From: Octopus sinensis
Lineage: Eukaryota
Reading direction: 5' to 3'
Length of the DNA: 64,000 nucleotides
Assembly: GCF_006345805.1 (NCBI RefSeq)
Contig: NC_043007.1
Span: 69,874,001-69,938,000, forward strand
In this document: piece after piece, positions 13,240-26,399 of the stretch
Numbering within the stretch: position 1 is the first letter of the stretch
How the letters are laid out: each line of letters opens with the position of its first letter
Position numbers and translations under genes: made by a program
Notes under the pieces: model-generated
What the model was told of the DNA's origin: nothing
Database searches by the model: none
The model's input: only the letters and a program-made list of their open reading frames with translations

Positions 13240-13570
13240 TTTTTCCTTTACTTGTTTCAGTCAGTTGACTGCGGCCATGCTGGTGCACCAACTTATTCTA
13301 TCGGTCTCTTTTGCCGAACTGCTAAGTGACGGGGACGTAAACACACCAGCATTGGTTGTCAAGCAATGCTCGGGGGACAAACACAGACACACACACATAC
13401 ACATATACGACAGGCTTCTTTCAGTTTCCGTCTACCAAATCCACTCACAAGGCATTGGCCGGCCCGGGGCTATAGCAGAAGACACATGCCCAAGATGTCA
13501 CGCAGTGGGACTGAACCCGGAACCATGTGGTTGGTTAGCAAGCTACTTACCACACAGCCACTCCTGCGCC
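13240..13570 (-). mobile_element. SINE family A next to a long (TA)n/(CA)n tract (12988-13228)
   Basis: Sequence identity to family A. Confidence 0.9.
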
Positions 13571-13884
13571 TATATATATATATTTATATATATGTATATA
13601 TAGTCTTGTTATTGGGTGTATATTTATAAACCTGTGAAATATTTTATTTTGGGATGACCTCGGTTTAACTCCTTTTCTTTTGGTCATTTTTTGTTTACAA
13701 TTGCTTAATGTCCATCACCTATTTAATTGGATGACAGCTGAACAAGTTTTTGTATAAACAACTCTTGAAATATGTGTGGTAGGTTTCTAATTATTTTTTA
13801 TGATTAACTACAGAAGCTGGAAGATGCTGTGCCAGAAATGTCCCATTTACAACTCTGCACATTGATTGATCATGTGTACATGTC

Positions 13885-13918
<34 letters not shown>

Positions 13919-14340
13919 AGGGGGAGAGGGAGAGAGAGAGCGTGGGGTGGATGGGTAGAATGAGAGTTAGAGCATGAATGAGAATCAATGTCTGTTTTAT
14001 TGATCTTTTGTGTGCTAATCATCCTCTCTAAGATGGATTTTCTACCCATTTAAACTTGGCACAAATATTGACCACTGATTCCAACAAGTTACACTTGTAT
14101 ACATATTTGCTACATGCATTCGTATTTACACTCATATTCGTATGTATTTGTAACAACTCTCATGGAAATCATCATAACTAGTAAATTTTAAACAAATAAT
14201 TTGAAATATTTTATTTAGTTTACACAAAAGCAGTGAAACATGAGCTATGAATACTTGCAAAGGCTTCAAAGAAATGAAGCCAGCATAATCTGCTGGATGG
14301 GTAATGTCAATCTGCACATATGACAGTGTAAATGATTTAA

Positions 14341-14562
14341 CCCTTTTGTTACCATATTTCTGTTGAGATGCTCTGTGTTTCTTTCAATTAATTTTAAATA
14401 TACCAAAGAATTTAGTAAAATAACTTAGTTATCATTAAGCTAGTGTTAGGAACATAAATTGTGACTAAGGTTTCATGGAAGATTTAATTCAAAACTTGTG
14501 AAAAACAAGACATTTGTACTACAAAGCCAGAGCCGGTTTCAGCCAGGTTGGTATCAAACGGG
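14341..14562. mobile_element. piggyBac-type MITE
   Basis: TTAA on both sides; TIRs CCCTTTTGTTACCA and CCCGTTTGATACCA (reverse complement). Confidence 0.85.
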
Positions 14563-15566
14563 TTAAGAGGAAAACTGGGTATAAGAGGCATCAGATGTTG
14601 TGTGCAAGAGAGAAGACTGTGCTGTATAGTCAAGTGATGTGTATGGATGAGGACAGTTGATTAAAGAAGTGCTGATCTGTAATTGTGGAGGGAACCTGTG
14701 GAAGATGTAGACCCAGAAAGATGTGGGACAAAATGCTGGGCCTCACTGAGGAGATGACAAGGGACCGGGACTTGAGGTGATTTGCTATACTTGAGAAGAC
14801 ATGTCAGGCTAAGTACAATCACAGTCATCCATACATACAGGCATGTCATTTATGGCCATACTCCCCCCCCCCACTCTCTCTCTCTCTCAGCCAAGAGGTC
14901 TTTGCCTTGCAGGTGCCAGTGACACATAAAATGCATTTGTGCTGGTGTGACATGAACGCACCTGTATCAGTGGCATGTAAAAAACACCCAGCACATTTTG
15001 TAAAGTGGTTGGCATTAGGAAGGGCATGCAGCTGAAGAAACCATGCCAAAATGGACAAGTGGTGTCTGGACAGCTCTTGTCAAACCGTCCAATCCATACC
15101 AACATGGAAATCAGACATTAAACAATGATGATGATAACAACATAATCCTTTCTACTATGGGCACAAAGCCTGTAATTTTGGGAGAGGGGACTAGTCAATT
15201 ACATCGACCCCAGAATCTCACTGGTACTTAATTTATCAACCCTAAAAGGATGAAAGCCCTTTTTCATGTCATTGACACTAGTGGGGTTGCCTAAGATGCA
15301 ACTGAATATTTACCTCATCTCCAAATTAAATCAACATATTTTTTATATGTATTTTAATCAGGTCAGTTTCATTAAATCCATGTGTTTGATTTGTGTGGTT
15401 ATATAAAAATGCCTGTTATTGGTTAAACACACACATAGTAGAATAATAATAAGAAAGTTCTAGGTACAGTATTATATATTTGAAAGAATGAGTAGAGATG
15501 GCTTTTTGGGGATAAAAATAGAAATTATCTCCAAAAAAAACATCTCTACTCATTTTTTCAAATATA

Positions 15567-15817
15567 TTGTGTTGGTGCATAATTATTATGGCTTTTTTTC
15601 AACAAATTTTATTCAACAAAAGCAATAAAAACATGTAACAAAAACATCTTTAAATGATTATTCTGGAGCATATTCACCATCTACTTCAATTACTGCTTCC
15701 CATTTACTTGGCAGACAATCAGATTGTCATTTAAAGATGTTTTTGTTAAATATCATAATTGTTATTGTTGAATAAAATTTGTTGAAAAAAAGCCACAATA
15801 ACTATGCATCAACCCAA
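15567..15817 (-). mobile_element. Internally deleted mariner element
   Basis: TIRs TTGTGTTGGTGCATAATTA.. and ..TAACTATGCATCAACCCAA; the minus strand retains a transposase C-terminus ..LPSKWEAVIEVDGEYAPE*. Confidence 0.8.
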
Positions 15818-15818
15818 C

Positions 15819-15911
<93 letters not shown>

Positions 15912-16169
15912 TGTGTGTGTATGTATACACACACACATATATGTAGAAGGTTGAAAAGGAACACATGAGTTGATATATATGGAAAAAAAGAGTCAAGGTA
16001 GAAAATGCTAAAATAATTTTATAATATTTTTTATGAAATGTTTTTTATAAAATTATTTTAGCATTTTCTACCTTGACTCTTTTTTCAATATATATATATT
16101 CAATTAAATAGTCAATGGACACTAAGCAGTACTTTTTGATGATGGATGATAAGAACCCTGAGTCATCGT

Positions 16170-16336
16170 CACTAGCATAGCTAGAGTGTGTGCCACCCGG
16201 GGGGCCCTTCCATTTGCTGCCCCTGGACCCCACAAAATACACATATTGCTTACAGCAGACCCAAAAGTGGTAACTCTTAAAAAGTGTCACTTAGGGCAAA
16301 CTGCCCCTACCGCCGCCCCCACCAGCTATGCTAGTG
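16170..16336. mobile_element. hAT-type MITE
   Basis: 13-bp TIR CACTAGCATAGCT; 8-bp TSD GTCATCGT/GTCATCAT. Confidence 0.8.
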
Positions 16337-16759
16337 GTCATCATCATCATTATCATTTTACCATCCACTTTCTTGTGCTTGCATCATTCTGACAAAATTT
16401 GTTTTTTGGCAGATTGTGTAAGGTTGGATACCCTTCCTGTTGCCAACTCTCATCAGTTTCCAAGCAAGGTAATATTTCCCTGTAGTCAAACATGTTTTCA
16501 CAGAAGCTTGAAAATGATAAACATTGCATGTATGACAGTGAAGCTCAGTTTTTATATTAAGACAAGGAAGCAAACACCCACCATACATGCACATATGACC
16601 TACTTTATCATGAAAGGCCAAAGCACTTAGTCATACATATAAAAAGAATAGGATACATTCATAGCCTTGGGAATTTGCATAAGTCAAACAAAATTGAGCC
16701 ATGAGAATAACTTGGAGTGGCCTGTGGCATGCTTATATATGAGCAACGTATACAAGTAC

Positions 16760-17622
16760 ATCATCATCATCATCAACATTTAATATCCATTTTCCATGCT
16801 GGCTTGGGTTGGACAACTTGACAGGAACAGGCAAAGCCAATGGCCACACCAGGTTTCATAGTCAGTCTTGGCTCGGTTTCTGCAGTTGGATGCCCTTCCT
16901 AATACCAACCACTTCACAAAGTGTACCAGGCGCTTTTTATGTGACACCAACACCAGTGATTTCTACATGGCACCAGCACCCACACCAATGCTTTTTACAT
17001 GGCACCTTGGTTGTAGGATCTCAAATCTGTTGTGGTGGGCAGGTCTTCTTGAGTGTAGCAATGCGCCACATGTCTCAATCTTTTGACATCTACTTTGTAA
17101 AGCTCAGTGTTTTGAGATTGACCTTCAATACTTCATCCCATGTCTTCCTGAGTCTCTTTCTTCCACAACTTCCCTTCACTTTAAGTGATCAGCACTTCTT
17201 TATGCAACTAAAATGTATGATACATAAGGCCAGTCTCAAAATGCTGAGCCTGATGATGAAGATAACAAAGGACCAGGATATGTATTGCACAACTCAAGAA
17301 GACCTGCGCACCGCAACAGAATTGGTATCCTAAAACCAAAGTGCCATATAAAAAGCATTGTTGTGGGGTGCTGGTGCCATGTGAAAAGTACTGGTGCTGG
17401 TTCCACACAAAAAGCACTGGTTATGGTGCCATGTACAAAGCACCCAGTACACTCTGTAAAGTGGTTGGTTTTATGAAGGGCATCCAGCTGTAGCAACAAA
17501 ACTGAGACAAACTATGGAACCTGGTGTGACTCTTAACCTGGTCAGTTCCTGTCAAGCTGTCCAACTCATGCCAGCATAGAAAACAGACATAAAATGTTGA
17601 TGATGATGAAGATGATGATGAT
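16760..17622. mobile_element. Two family E retroposons in opposite orientation forming a long inverted repeat
   Basis: 16760-17130 is the approximate reverse complement of 17230-17622; CAT and GAT triplet tails at the outer ends. Confidence 0.8.
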
Positions 17623-18342
17623 ACATGCCTATTCATATAGATGTAAGTTTACCAAGCATTAAGTTTATTCATTATCATCATCATCATCATTATCATCATT
17701 TAACATCCATTTTCCTTGCTGGTATGGGTTGGACAGTTTGACGGGAACAGGTGAGCCAGTGCTAGTTTCAACAGGTGGAATCCCTTTCCTAATGCCAATC
17801 ACCTTACTGAGTGTACTGGATGCTTTTTAAGTGAGATCACCAAGTAACTTGCAAGGCATGATTCTTCAACTGTGGGTAAATAGTATTGAGGGAGGTAAAG
17901 AGAGGTTAAAGCGTGATTGAGGGGAAAGAAATAGAGTTTTGTAGTAGAGGGGATACATAGCTACCTCAGTTGGAAAAGGAAAAGGAGTGAGAGAGATAGA
18001 GAGAGAGAGAGGGAGAAGATATTGAAAATATGTTGGGATGCATCCTCAAGTTACAGGGAGGGGTACAGAGGATTGAATAGGGAGAGAAGGCAGGAAAGTT
18101 CATGAAAGTGCAAGAAAGAGAAAGACGGGTGAACACAGATAGAGGGAAGAGTGTTAGCAAGATGAGTTGTGAGGGAGAGAGATTCATCAGGTAGAAACTG
18201 TGAGCAGGTGAGTTCATGAGAGTGGAAGACAAAGGGGAAGGGAATACAGCAGGTGGTAAACACAGGTGGAGGGTGTTAGGAAATGAGTTGCGAGGGAGAG
18301 GGGAATAGACATGAACAACATGCTTTTTGAACCTCATTTTTT

Positions 18343-18557
18343 TTCTTTACTACCCACAAGGGGCTAAACACAGAGGGGACAAACGGATTAAGTCGATTAC
18401 ATCGACCCCAGTGCGTAACTGGTACTTAATTTATCGACCCTGAAAGGATGAAAGGCAAAGTCAACCTCGGCAGAATTTGAACTCAGAACACAACGGCAGA
18501 TGAAATAGGGCTACGCATTTCGACTGGCATGCTAACGTTTCTGCCAGTTCGCCACCT
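18343..18557 (-). mobile_element. SINE family B
   Basis: Full copy with TTTTGAACCTCATTTT duplicated on both sides. Confidence 0.9.
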
Positions 18558-19489
18558 TATTTTGAACCTCATTTTCATTCAGATGGACAGGTTTTCTCAA
18601 GCACAGCAAATTGCCAATAATCTCAATCCTTTGTTGTCTCCTCAATGAAGCTCAACATCTGAAGATCATTTTTTTACTACTTTGTCCCACATCTTCCTGG
18701 GTTTCCTTCTTCTGCAGATTCCATCCACATTTAATGACTAACACTACTTCATGCATCTGTCCTCATTCATGTGCATTACATGCCCATGACAATGTGGTCT
18801 TCTCTCTCACACACTACATTTGATGCTTCTTTTGTTCAGTTTCTTTTTTCTATCAACACATTTACACTCTGACTTACATGCAAATTGACATTACTCATCC
18901 GGCAGAGCATGCTAGCTTCATTTCTTTCAAGCTTTAAGTCCTGAAGGAATACAGGAGTTATGTGAATACAAGCATGATGTTTAGCAAAACTTGCACCTTC
19001 TGGGTGCTGCCATATCTCATGGGGTACTTGAGGGATTCCCCTAAGGACTATTATGGCTCCATTTGCCCTGAGGATAACATGAACCCCACAAGGATAACCA
19101 ACCACGCCTATAGGCACTGTACAAACTTTAGGAATGGTAAGAGGGGAACCAGGAGAGGCTAGTGTAACTCTGGGACCAAATCTAGATCAACCTGGAATAC
19201 TGAATCAAACCATACCAGAAGCAAAACAAGGGCACATGACAATCCTGAGAGAAATACACACACCTGTAGTGAAACAAAGTGGAGACAAAAACATGTAATA
19301 TAGTACAGCCTACTTTTCTCTGGTTGTGTGAAAACTAACATCCCCAAGATCTTCTTCCAGATCTTTGATAGGGTTTTTCCTCTGCCATATAGGTATCATA
19401 TTGCAATCATGTATACTGTAGTGCCAACTCCAATTAAACCTTTGGCTGTAGAAACAACAAGAGAAGGGGGCATATTCAGGATACTAATA

Positions 19490-20450
19490 ATACTGTCAAT
19501 CTAATTCATAAAATTTACAAAAAGGAAAGGTAACAATATACAACCCTGGTGAAGTCCAATATCCACATTGAAAAGTTTCAACTTGGCACCATTTAGCCAA
19601 ACACAAATATCTGGGCATTTGCTTAGGGACTTTATGGGAACATGAAGTTGCCCATTAGTCCCAAACTCCTGCAAAACTCTCAGCAATATGCAGTCATATG
19701 ACCTTTTAAAGTCTACAAAGCAAGTATATACTTCTTGGCAATATTCCCACAATTTCTCAAAGTCCTATCATAAAATGGGTATGTGGTTGGTTGTATTGCA
19801 TCCAGGATGGAAGCTACATTGTTCTTCAGCAAGCTTGAACTTGACAGTTTCCCTATATCTCTTTTCCAGATACCTAGCGTGTACTTTACTAGGAAGGCTC
19901 AGCAAGAAGACTCCTTTATAATTAAAGTACTCTCTCATCTCCATTTTTAAAAATTGAGACTATCACCATGGATTGCCATTGCTTTAATGTCTTTCCAGAT
20001 GTCCAAGCCACTTGGCATACATGAAGCAGCCAGAAAATATTTCTATTTAAATCTTTTAACATCTCGGGTCGAATTTCATTTTCTTCAGTAGCCTTGCTAC
20101 ACTTGAGTGCTTTAATCGCCTTTATGACTTCAGTCATACTGAGGTTAGTCTTTACTTACTAGACAGCACCTTGAGTCCACCAGATTTTAATGTGACTGGA
20201 TTTAGGAGATCAGCAAAATATTCTCTCCACTTCCCAAAGATACTCTTCGCTGTAGAGAGAAGAACCCAGCTAAGTTCTTAATGGCAAGTATGGAAGAGAG
20301 CTTCTTGTTACAAAATTGGCAGATGATCTACCAGAATACTTAATTGGCCAATTTAAAGCCAGAGCCCAGCTTGACTCCAGAGTCTTCCCATGACTTAGCC
20401 TTAGGTGCTTTTACTCTCTGCTACAACTTATCCTGCCTATACAAAAAAGG
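19490..20450 (-). mobile_element. Decayed RTE-type LINE reverse transcriptase fragment
   Basis: EVIKAIKALKCSKATEENEIRPEMLK; FVDFKRSYD; GLHQGCILLPFLFVNFMN; frameshifted. Confidence 0.85.
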
Positions 20451-20580
20451 AAACTTGCTTCTATGACAAACTTTGTAAGTCACTTTCTTTGTTTAGAAGG
20501 CATTTTTAACCTCTTGGTTAACCATGGAATTCTTTTGCCATCTGCCGCCACACCGATACACTGTCATCCTCAGTACTAGT

Positions 20581-20838
20581 AAACTCAGTAACGGGGACGT
20601 AAACACACCAGCATCGGTTGTCAAGCAATGCTAGGGGAACAAACACACACACACACATATATATATATACATATATACAACAGGCTTCTTTCAGTTTCCG
20701 TCTTCCAAATCCACTCACAAGGCATTGGTCGGCCTGGGGCTATAGCAGAAGACACTTGCCCAAGATGCCACGCAGTGGGACTGAACCCGGAACCATGTGG
20801 TTGGTTAGCAAGCTACTTACCACACAGCCACTCATGCG
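20581..20838 (-). mobile_element. SINE family A, partial
   Basis: Head and body identity to family A. Confidence 0.85.
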
Positions 20839-21295
20839 TACTATACAATGTCATTCTAAAGATATACAACTGCATCTTTGAAATCTTGAAGCCACAAGAA
20901 AATACATGATTAATTTGAAATAATGTTAATAAATAAGCATTACATTTGATAGAATAAAATGAATGCTAAAGGATTAAAGTTTCTCAATATTTTATCGTTC
21001 ATAGCAATGACAGTGTTTTGTGTGTGTGTTTAATAAGTTTTATAAAAAAATCGCAGCCTTTTCCAGTGACAGTCCCAAAACACTTCACAAAATGTTATCT
21101 CAACCCCAAACTCTTTTTTTAAGAATCCCTCATGGAAAAATTATGGAGATTACGATTCCACATTATATCATGATTCTACATTATATAGCAAGAGTCAGTA
21201 AATTGAAATTTCATTACAGCCAGGTGGGAAAACGGGTGTGATAGCAGCTACAGGTTGATAAAGGGCTAATACAGTTTTACTTGCAGGAAGGATGT

Positions 21296-21588
21296 TGTTC
21301 GTTCCTTCTTGAGACATGCCTGGCTCATAAGGGCCAGTTTCATTGGAGTATAGGTTCCCTACCTGGACAGGACGGCAGTCCGTCCCAGTTGAGCTGCTGG
21401 ATGCAGGATGAAAGAGTGAGAGAAAGTTGTGGTGAAAGAGTCAGCAGACATTCGCCATTACCTTCTACCAGAATCACGTGGAACTTAAGTGTTTTGCTCA
21501 TAAACACACACATCGTCCAGTCTGAGATTCGAACCCGCGATCTCTCGACTGCAATTCCGCTGCTCTAGCCACTAGGCCATGTGCCTCC
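21296..21588 (-). mobile_element. SINE family D (GGAGGCACATGGCCTAGTGG head)
   Basis: Reverse complement of the 5433-5729 copy. Confidence 0.85.
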
Positions 21589-21699
21589 CTTAGGAAGGAT
21601 AGCCACTTCATATAGGGTAGCATGTACCGATTGCCAATTCGGCGAACAAATTGTCACGTTTCAATGAATGAAGATGATTTGGAATTTTTAAACTCGAGC

Positions 21700-22661
21700 A
21701 GTACCATGAGAAAGAAATGAATTATATTGATGGAGACACTATTTTGCCTACTCGTTAATAAAAAAAGGTGAGGAGGAAAAAGAAAAAAAAACTTAATATT
21801 TCGCTGGGGAATTGGAAGAACTGTGCCAATGCATTCCGTACATCTGTGGGGCGGGTTTTTATATTCTGAAAACTGATCAAAGATGTGACTTGGGAAATAT
21901 AAATTTGGAGAAAAAAATTATTTATGGATTTAGCTGTTATATCTAACACAATGAACGACCACATAGAGGCTTCTTTCGTTTCTTCGGTTGGTTCACCAGC
22001 AATGCACGCATGTGAGAACGAGTTAGAAAACATCTGGAAGACGTTGCGGGCTGGGTTATTTCCGAATGCCGGCAGAGAAGTAGGGGGCGATTTGAAGAAA
22101 AATTGAAATTTTGTAAAGTATAATTTTTTCCAGAAAAATAATTTCAGTATTTCTCAGGTGGAATCCTAGAGAAAAAAATATAAAGATGGGGGAAACGAAA
22201 ATTTCGAAAAGCTGCTTTTCTTTTAGCTGGGCGGTGGATGGCCGTAGCGGTCAAAATTGCGACCTCGGTGTTAAAAATACAACAACCAAAGGGAAATGGA
22301 CAAATCTGCCGCTATCTATCTATCTGTCTGTCTGTCAATCAATTAATCATTCAGATCAATAATACCAATACTCTATTTCAAAAGGCGGTGTTTGGTAACT
22401 CCTATCTCAACCTCATGGGGAAGAAAAACACCGAGAAATTGGGAATTTTTTTCTCCCCTTCATTTTTGTATCTTTCTGTTTCTATTTCATTCAACGGAAT
22501 TTATAACTTTACCTCTAAATTTTCAATTTTACTCCATCAATTCACTACTTTTTTTCCTTTCCCGTGAGACAGAAATAATTATTCCGAAACTCCGTCTTTT
22601 GAAGTGATTATTATGTTTTCTAATCGACCAACTTCGTTTCAGCGACTTTCAAAATGGTAAA
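21700..22661. promoter_or_regulatory. CpG-enriched, repeat-free promoter region upstream of COA8, possibly bidirectional
   Basis: More CpG than the flanks, GGGCGG boxes (about 21849 and 22229), no interspersed repeats, directly upstream of the COA8 ATG. Confidence 0.5.
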
Positions 22662-22751
22662 ATGTTAGCGATTTGTCGGAGATTTTCTGGAGGTGATTTT
22701 CTTATTATTCCTCGAAATAATCAATTTAAACGATTCCTAAAACAACAAAAG
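22662..22751 (+). CDS. COA8: COA8/APOPT1 exon 1 (putative mitochondrial targeting peptide)
   Basis: ATG 22662 gives MLAICRRFSGGDFLIIPRNNQFKRFLKQQK (30 aa, R/K-rich, one acidic residue), ending exactly at a phase-0 AAG|GTAAGG donor that matches the phase-0 exon 2; lies in a locally CpG-richer region. Linkage to COA8 is inferred from phase and composition. Confidence 0.7.
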
Positions 22752-24228
22752 GTAAGGGAAAAGTCTTTAATTTTTAATTTTATTTATTTTCAAGACTGGA
22801 ATAAGATGATTAAAACCTTTTTACTAGAAATCTTAATAATTAGATGTGGTGCACCTGAGCACTGTATGCGATAATTTTCATAAGTCTCATCAATGTTAAC
22901 AACAATTTTGTTGTCAGTATTTCGGTTTGAATAGCTTTAAACATATAAATGTAATTTTTTTTTGTGTCAATTCCCCCTTCTTTATGGGAGGGTACCTTCA
23001 ATTAGCAGTAATTAACTACTTGTAGTTTAATTAAAGGAGAAAAATAAATGTTATTGTTACACGTTGAGTATTGAAGGACAACCAAGCAGAACTGGAACGA
23101 CTTAAACTGAGATTATGTCAAAAGACTGTAAAGTTTGAAGTGAACACATACATACACACACATATACATACATACACACGTACATACATATATACTTCAT
23201 ACATATACACGCATATACTTGACATTATTCAAAGTACATTTAAAGAAGTGGCTGACACAAAACGCACAACATAAATGAAAATCTTAAAAAACCTGTTTAG
23301 AGGGAATTTCTCCACGGTCCACCTGCCTGCTAATAATAGCAGCCAAATCCTACCTTACAGTAATTAGGAAAGTATATATTGGATAATGTGATCAGCCAAG
23401 ATGAAATAGAATTAGCATGTTTCTACATCACCGGTTTCGTTTTATTTCGTTTTCAATCCCGCATTTCTGTCCCTCAAGCAAAAGATCTCTCTCTCTCTCA
23501 CAGACACACACCTAAACATAAGAGGTACTGGTCACGGCTGGAATACTTTTTAGTTTTGTTCGATCTGGTTGTCAACAAAACATTCTAAAAAGTGGATTGG
23601 GAAATAGTTTCTCTGGTTTTATAACTTGACGGAGGGAAAGCTTAATGTAGAGAGATAAACTACAACATCTTATAAAAAATATTATGTCATTTCAAATTAA
23701 AGAATATATTTTCAAAAAATGTATTTACAAGAGAAAAAAATACATAGTAAAATGAAAAAGAGAAAAACGAATTGTATTCTGTTGGTAAGGGAGGCAATCA
23801 TGTTAGTTGTTCAAAGGCAACGCACCGCCCGGTGCAAGAATCGAACCTACGACCTTGATATTTATGAAACTAGCACCCCTAACCACAAAGATAATGCACT
23901 CTCAGTAGGACATAGTGCTGTACGATTTTATTGTTGTTTAGCTCTAGACCAGTAATTACTAAACAAACCTCCAAGACCCTGGAGCTGTTATGTTACCATT
24001 TAGACGGATTTTAGACTACATTCCCTCCTTTTAAGACAGTAGCATGATTTGGCTATTATTTCTAGCCAGTCGAGCGACGGTGTAGAAGCTCTGTTATCGA
24101 CCAGTCTGTGGATAGGTCGCTGTCATTCAACTCCAGTTAAACTTCGATCGTGCGAGCCTGTGACTAAAAGCATTCCATCTTTGACAAGTTTACGATAACA
24201 TTATTCAATGTATCCTCTATCATCTTTA

Positions 24229-24391
24229 GGCGATCCTTCGGTATAAGTACACACGTGACTTTGTTTACATTTCTGAAGATAACAGAAACACTTTTCTCCC
24301 ACCCCTGACACAAACCCTAACCCTAACCCCCCATATATAAAAAAAAAACACTTTCTTGAAATGTATCCGGTACTTATACCGAAGTTATGCC
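24229..24391. mobile_element. MITE with about 22-bp TIRs and internal CCCTAA repeats
   Basis: TIR core CTTCGGTATAAGTAC / GTACTTATACCGAAG; perfect 8-bp TSD CATCTTTA (24221-24228, 24392-24399). Confidence 0.85.
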
Positions 24392-24789
24392 CATCTTTAA
24401 ATTGGTAGGGTATGATTTGAAATAGAAATAGGCTGCTGTTTATAGAAGGTCTAGTGACCCCATACTAGTATCCTCCTCATTGACTTGTTCGTACGCTGGC
24501 TGGCTGGCGTAAAAGTACATCGAGTTTGTGTACTTTTTATTAAATGCAAATACACAGATCCTTTGGTAATGAACAGCAAACAAAATCATGGTAACAAATA
24601 AAATCCTGCCAACACATGATTTCTGTACAAAATTAACATAATCTAATGTATTGTAGGGTTAAGCTCGGAGTCCTCTCAGGCGAATTTTGTGTGTGGAAGT
24701 GTAAAGAAAGCTGAATTATTTCCCTTTGTTCATATTGTTTTAATTAAATGTCAAACCGAAAGTGAACGAAAATATAAAAACGCACTGCA

Positions 24790-25015
24790 TACATAAGATA
24801 CACATTTGCATGCAAAGTACTTCTGGATCGTCTGCTGAAGCACATTGCACATTATGTTCTTCTAGAAAGTCAATTTGGCTTTCGCATGGGATGCAGCACT
24901 GCTGATGTGATCTTCTCAGCTAGACAGCTTCAGGAGAAGTGTGTGGAACAGGGTCTGGATTTATATCAGGTTTTTTTTGTCGATCTGAAAAAAGGCCTTC
25001 AATACAATTAATAGA
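24790..25015 (+). mobile_element. RTE-type LINE RT fragment
   Basis: Reads ESQFGFRMGCSTADVIFSARQLQEKCVEQGLDLYQVFFVDLKK. Confidence 0.85.
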
Positions 25016-26399
25016 TTCTCCTTTATGCATGTATGAATGCAGGAGAATCTGGATAAGCTGGGATTTTCAGAAAGAGAAATTGACCAGCTGATTCGTACAA
25101 GTCCAATCTGTGAGTGGAACAGTGAAAAGATTGCAAGACTTTTCTCTAGTTTCAAAATGTAAATTTGTCTGTGTTAACTACATCCCAAAGATGGAGCCTT
25201 GTATCTTTGTTGGAAACCGGCTCCCTCTTCAGTGGAAGATTTATAATAATTAAAAAATAGAAGTGACATGCATACACACACGTGTGTGTGTTTGTGTGTG
25301 GTTTAAACAATCACTAGGAGAATTGTCATTTCATCTTAGTATACAAAAAAGCAGCAATTTACCATGCATTCCCTCAAATTTTGCTGTGTCATTTAGGTTT
25401 AATTTAATTTGAGACAAAATTTGTGGAATCATTTTCAAGGGACAGTTTATGAAAATCATTGTTGCTGTGATATACTTTTTTCCTAATTCACCACATCAAA
25501 GGTAAAAACCTTCACAAAAGAACAATAAAAAGATTGGTTTTTAGAGAGAAAGTAGCATCTTTTTAAGTGATCATAGCATGGAACAGAGATTGGTCGAATT
25601 TTGAGATTTTGTGGGGTAAAAAAAAGTTAAGTATATTGGTGGCCAAAATTATATGCTAACTTAGTAATAATTTCAAACTTTGGCACAAGGCCAGCAATTT
25701 CGGGGGCAGGAATAAGTCGATTAGATAAGTCCATTGTTCAACTGGTACTTATTTTATCAACCCCAAAAGGATGAAATGCAAAGTCAACCTTTTTGGAATT
25801 TGAACTCAGAATGTAAAGATGGACAGAATGCTGCTAAGCATTTTGTCCAGCATGCTAACAATTCTGTCACTTCATCACCTTCTGCAAACTTAATAATATT
25901 AATGCCTTGTTTACTGATGAGATGGAAAATAAGTTAAGAGTTTGGATTAAAGAAACTTAATTTCATGGTGATTGAGTGAGTGAAGTATTTACTTGGAAGA
26001 AAAGCTAATTTTCCTTTCAAGCCCCTTGTGAGAGATACTCTTAGTATCTGTGATGATAGGGATGTAAAGTCTACAGAATCTAATGAAGCATGAGTTGGTT
26101 TGAATCTTTTAAACAATTGTTTGGGTATTGACAGGATTGTGAGGCAGCAAAGCTCCCAAATTAGGCAAAGTCACTGCAGAAAAATATCACGAGCTTCTGA
26201 AGAAGAGTAATTTCTGTTGTCCACAGTTTATTATTTTTTTTTTTTGTGATGAGATTAGCTTATTTTGAAAAATGTCTTTCAAGATTTACATCACAGAGGA
26301 AGAAACCTGATTGTCAGGACATTTGCCAGTGAAGGATAGCGTAATATTACTTTTTCTGTACCAAACCATAAGGTATTTGAAGTAAACCTCTGGGTTTTA

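Noticed and set aside
23822-23900. tRNA-like sequence on the minus strand (and the tRNA-like heads of SINEs A-D)
   Set aside because: A B-box is present but no convincing cloverleaf; best explained as decayed SINE heads, so no tRNA gene is called.
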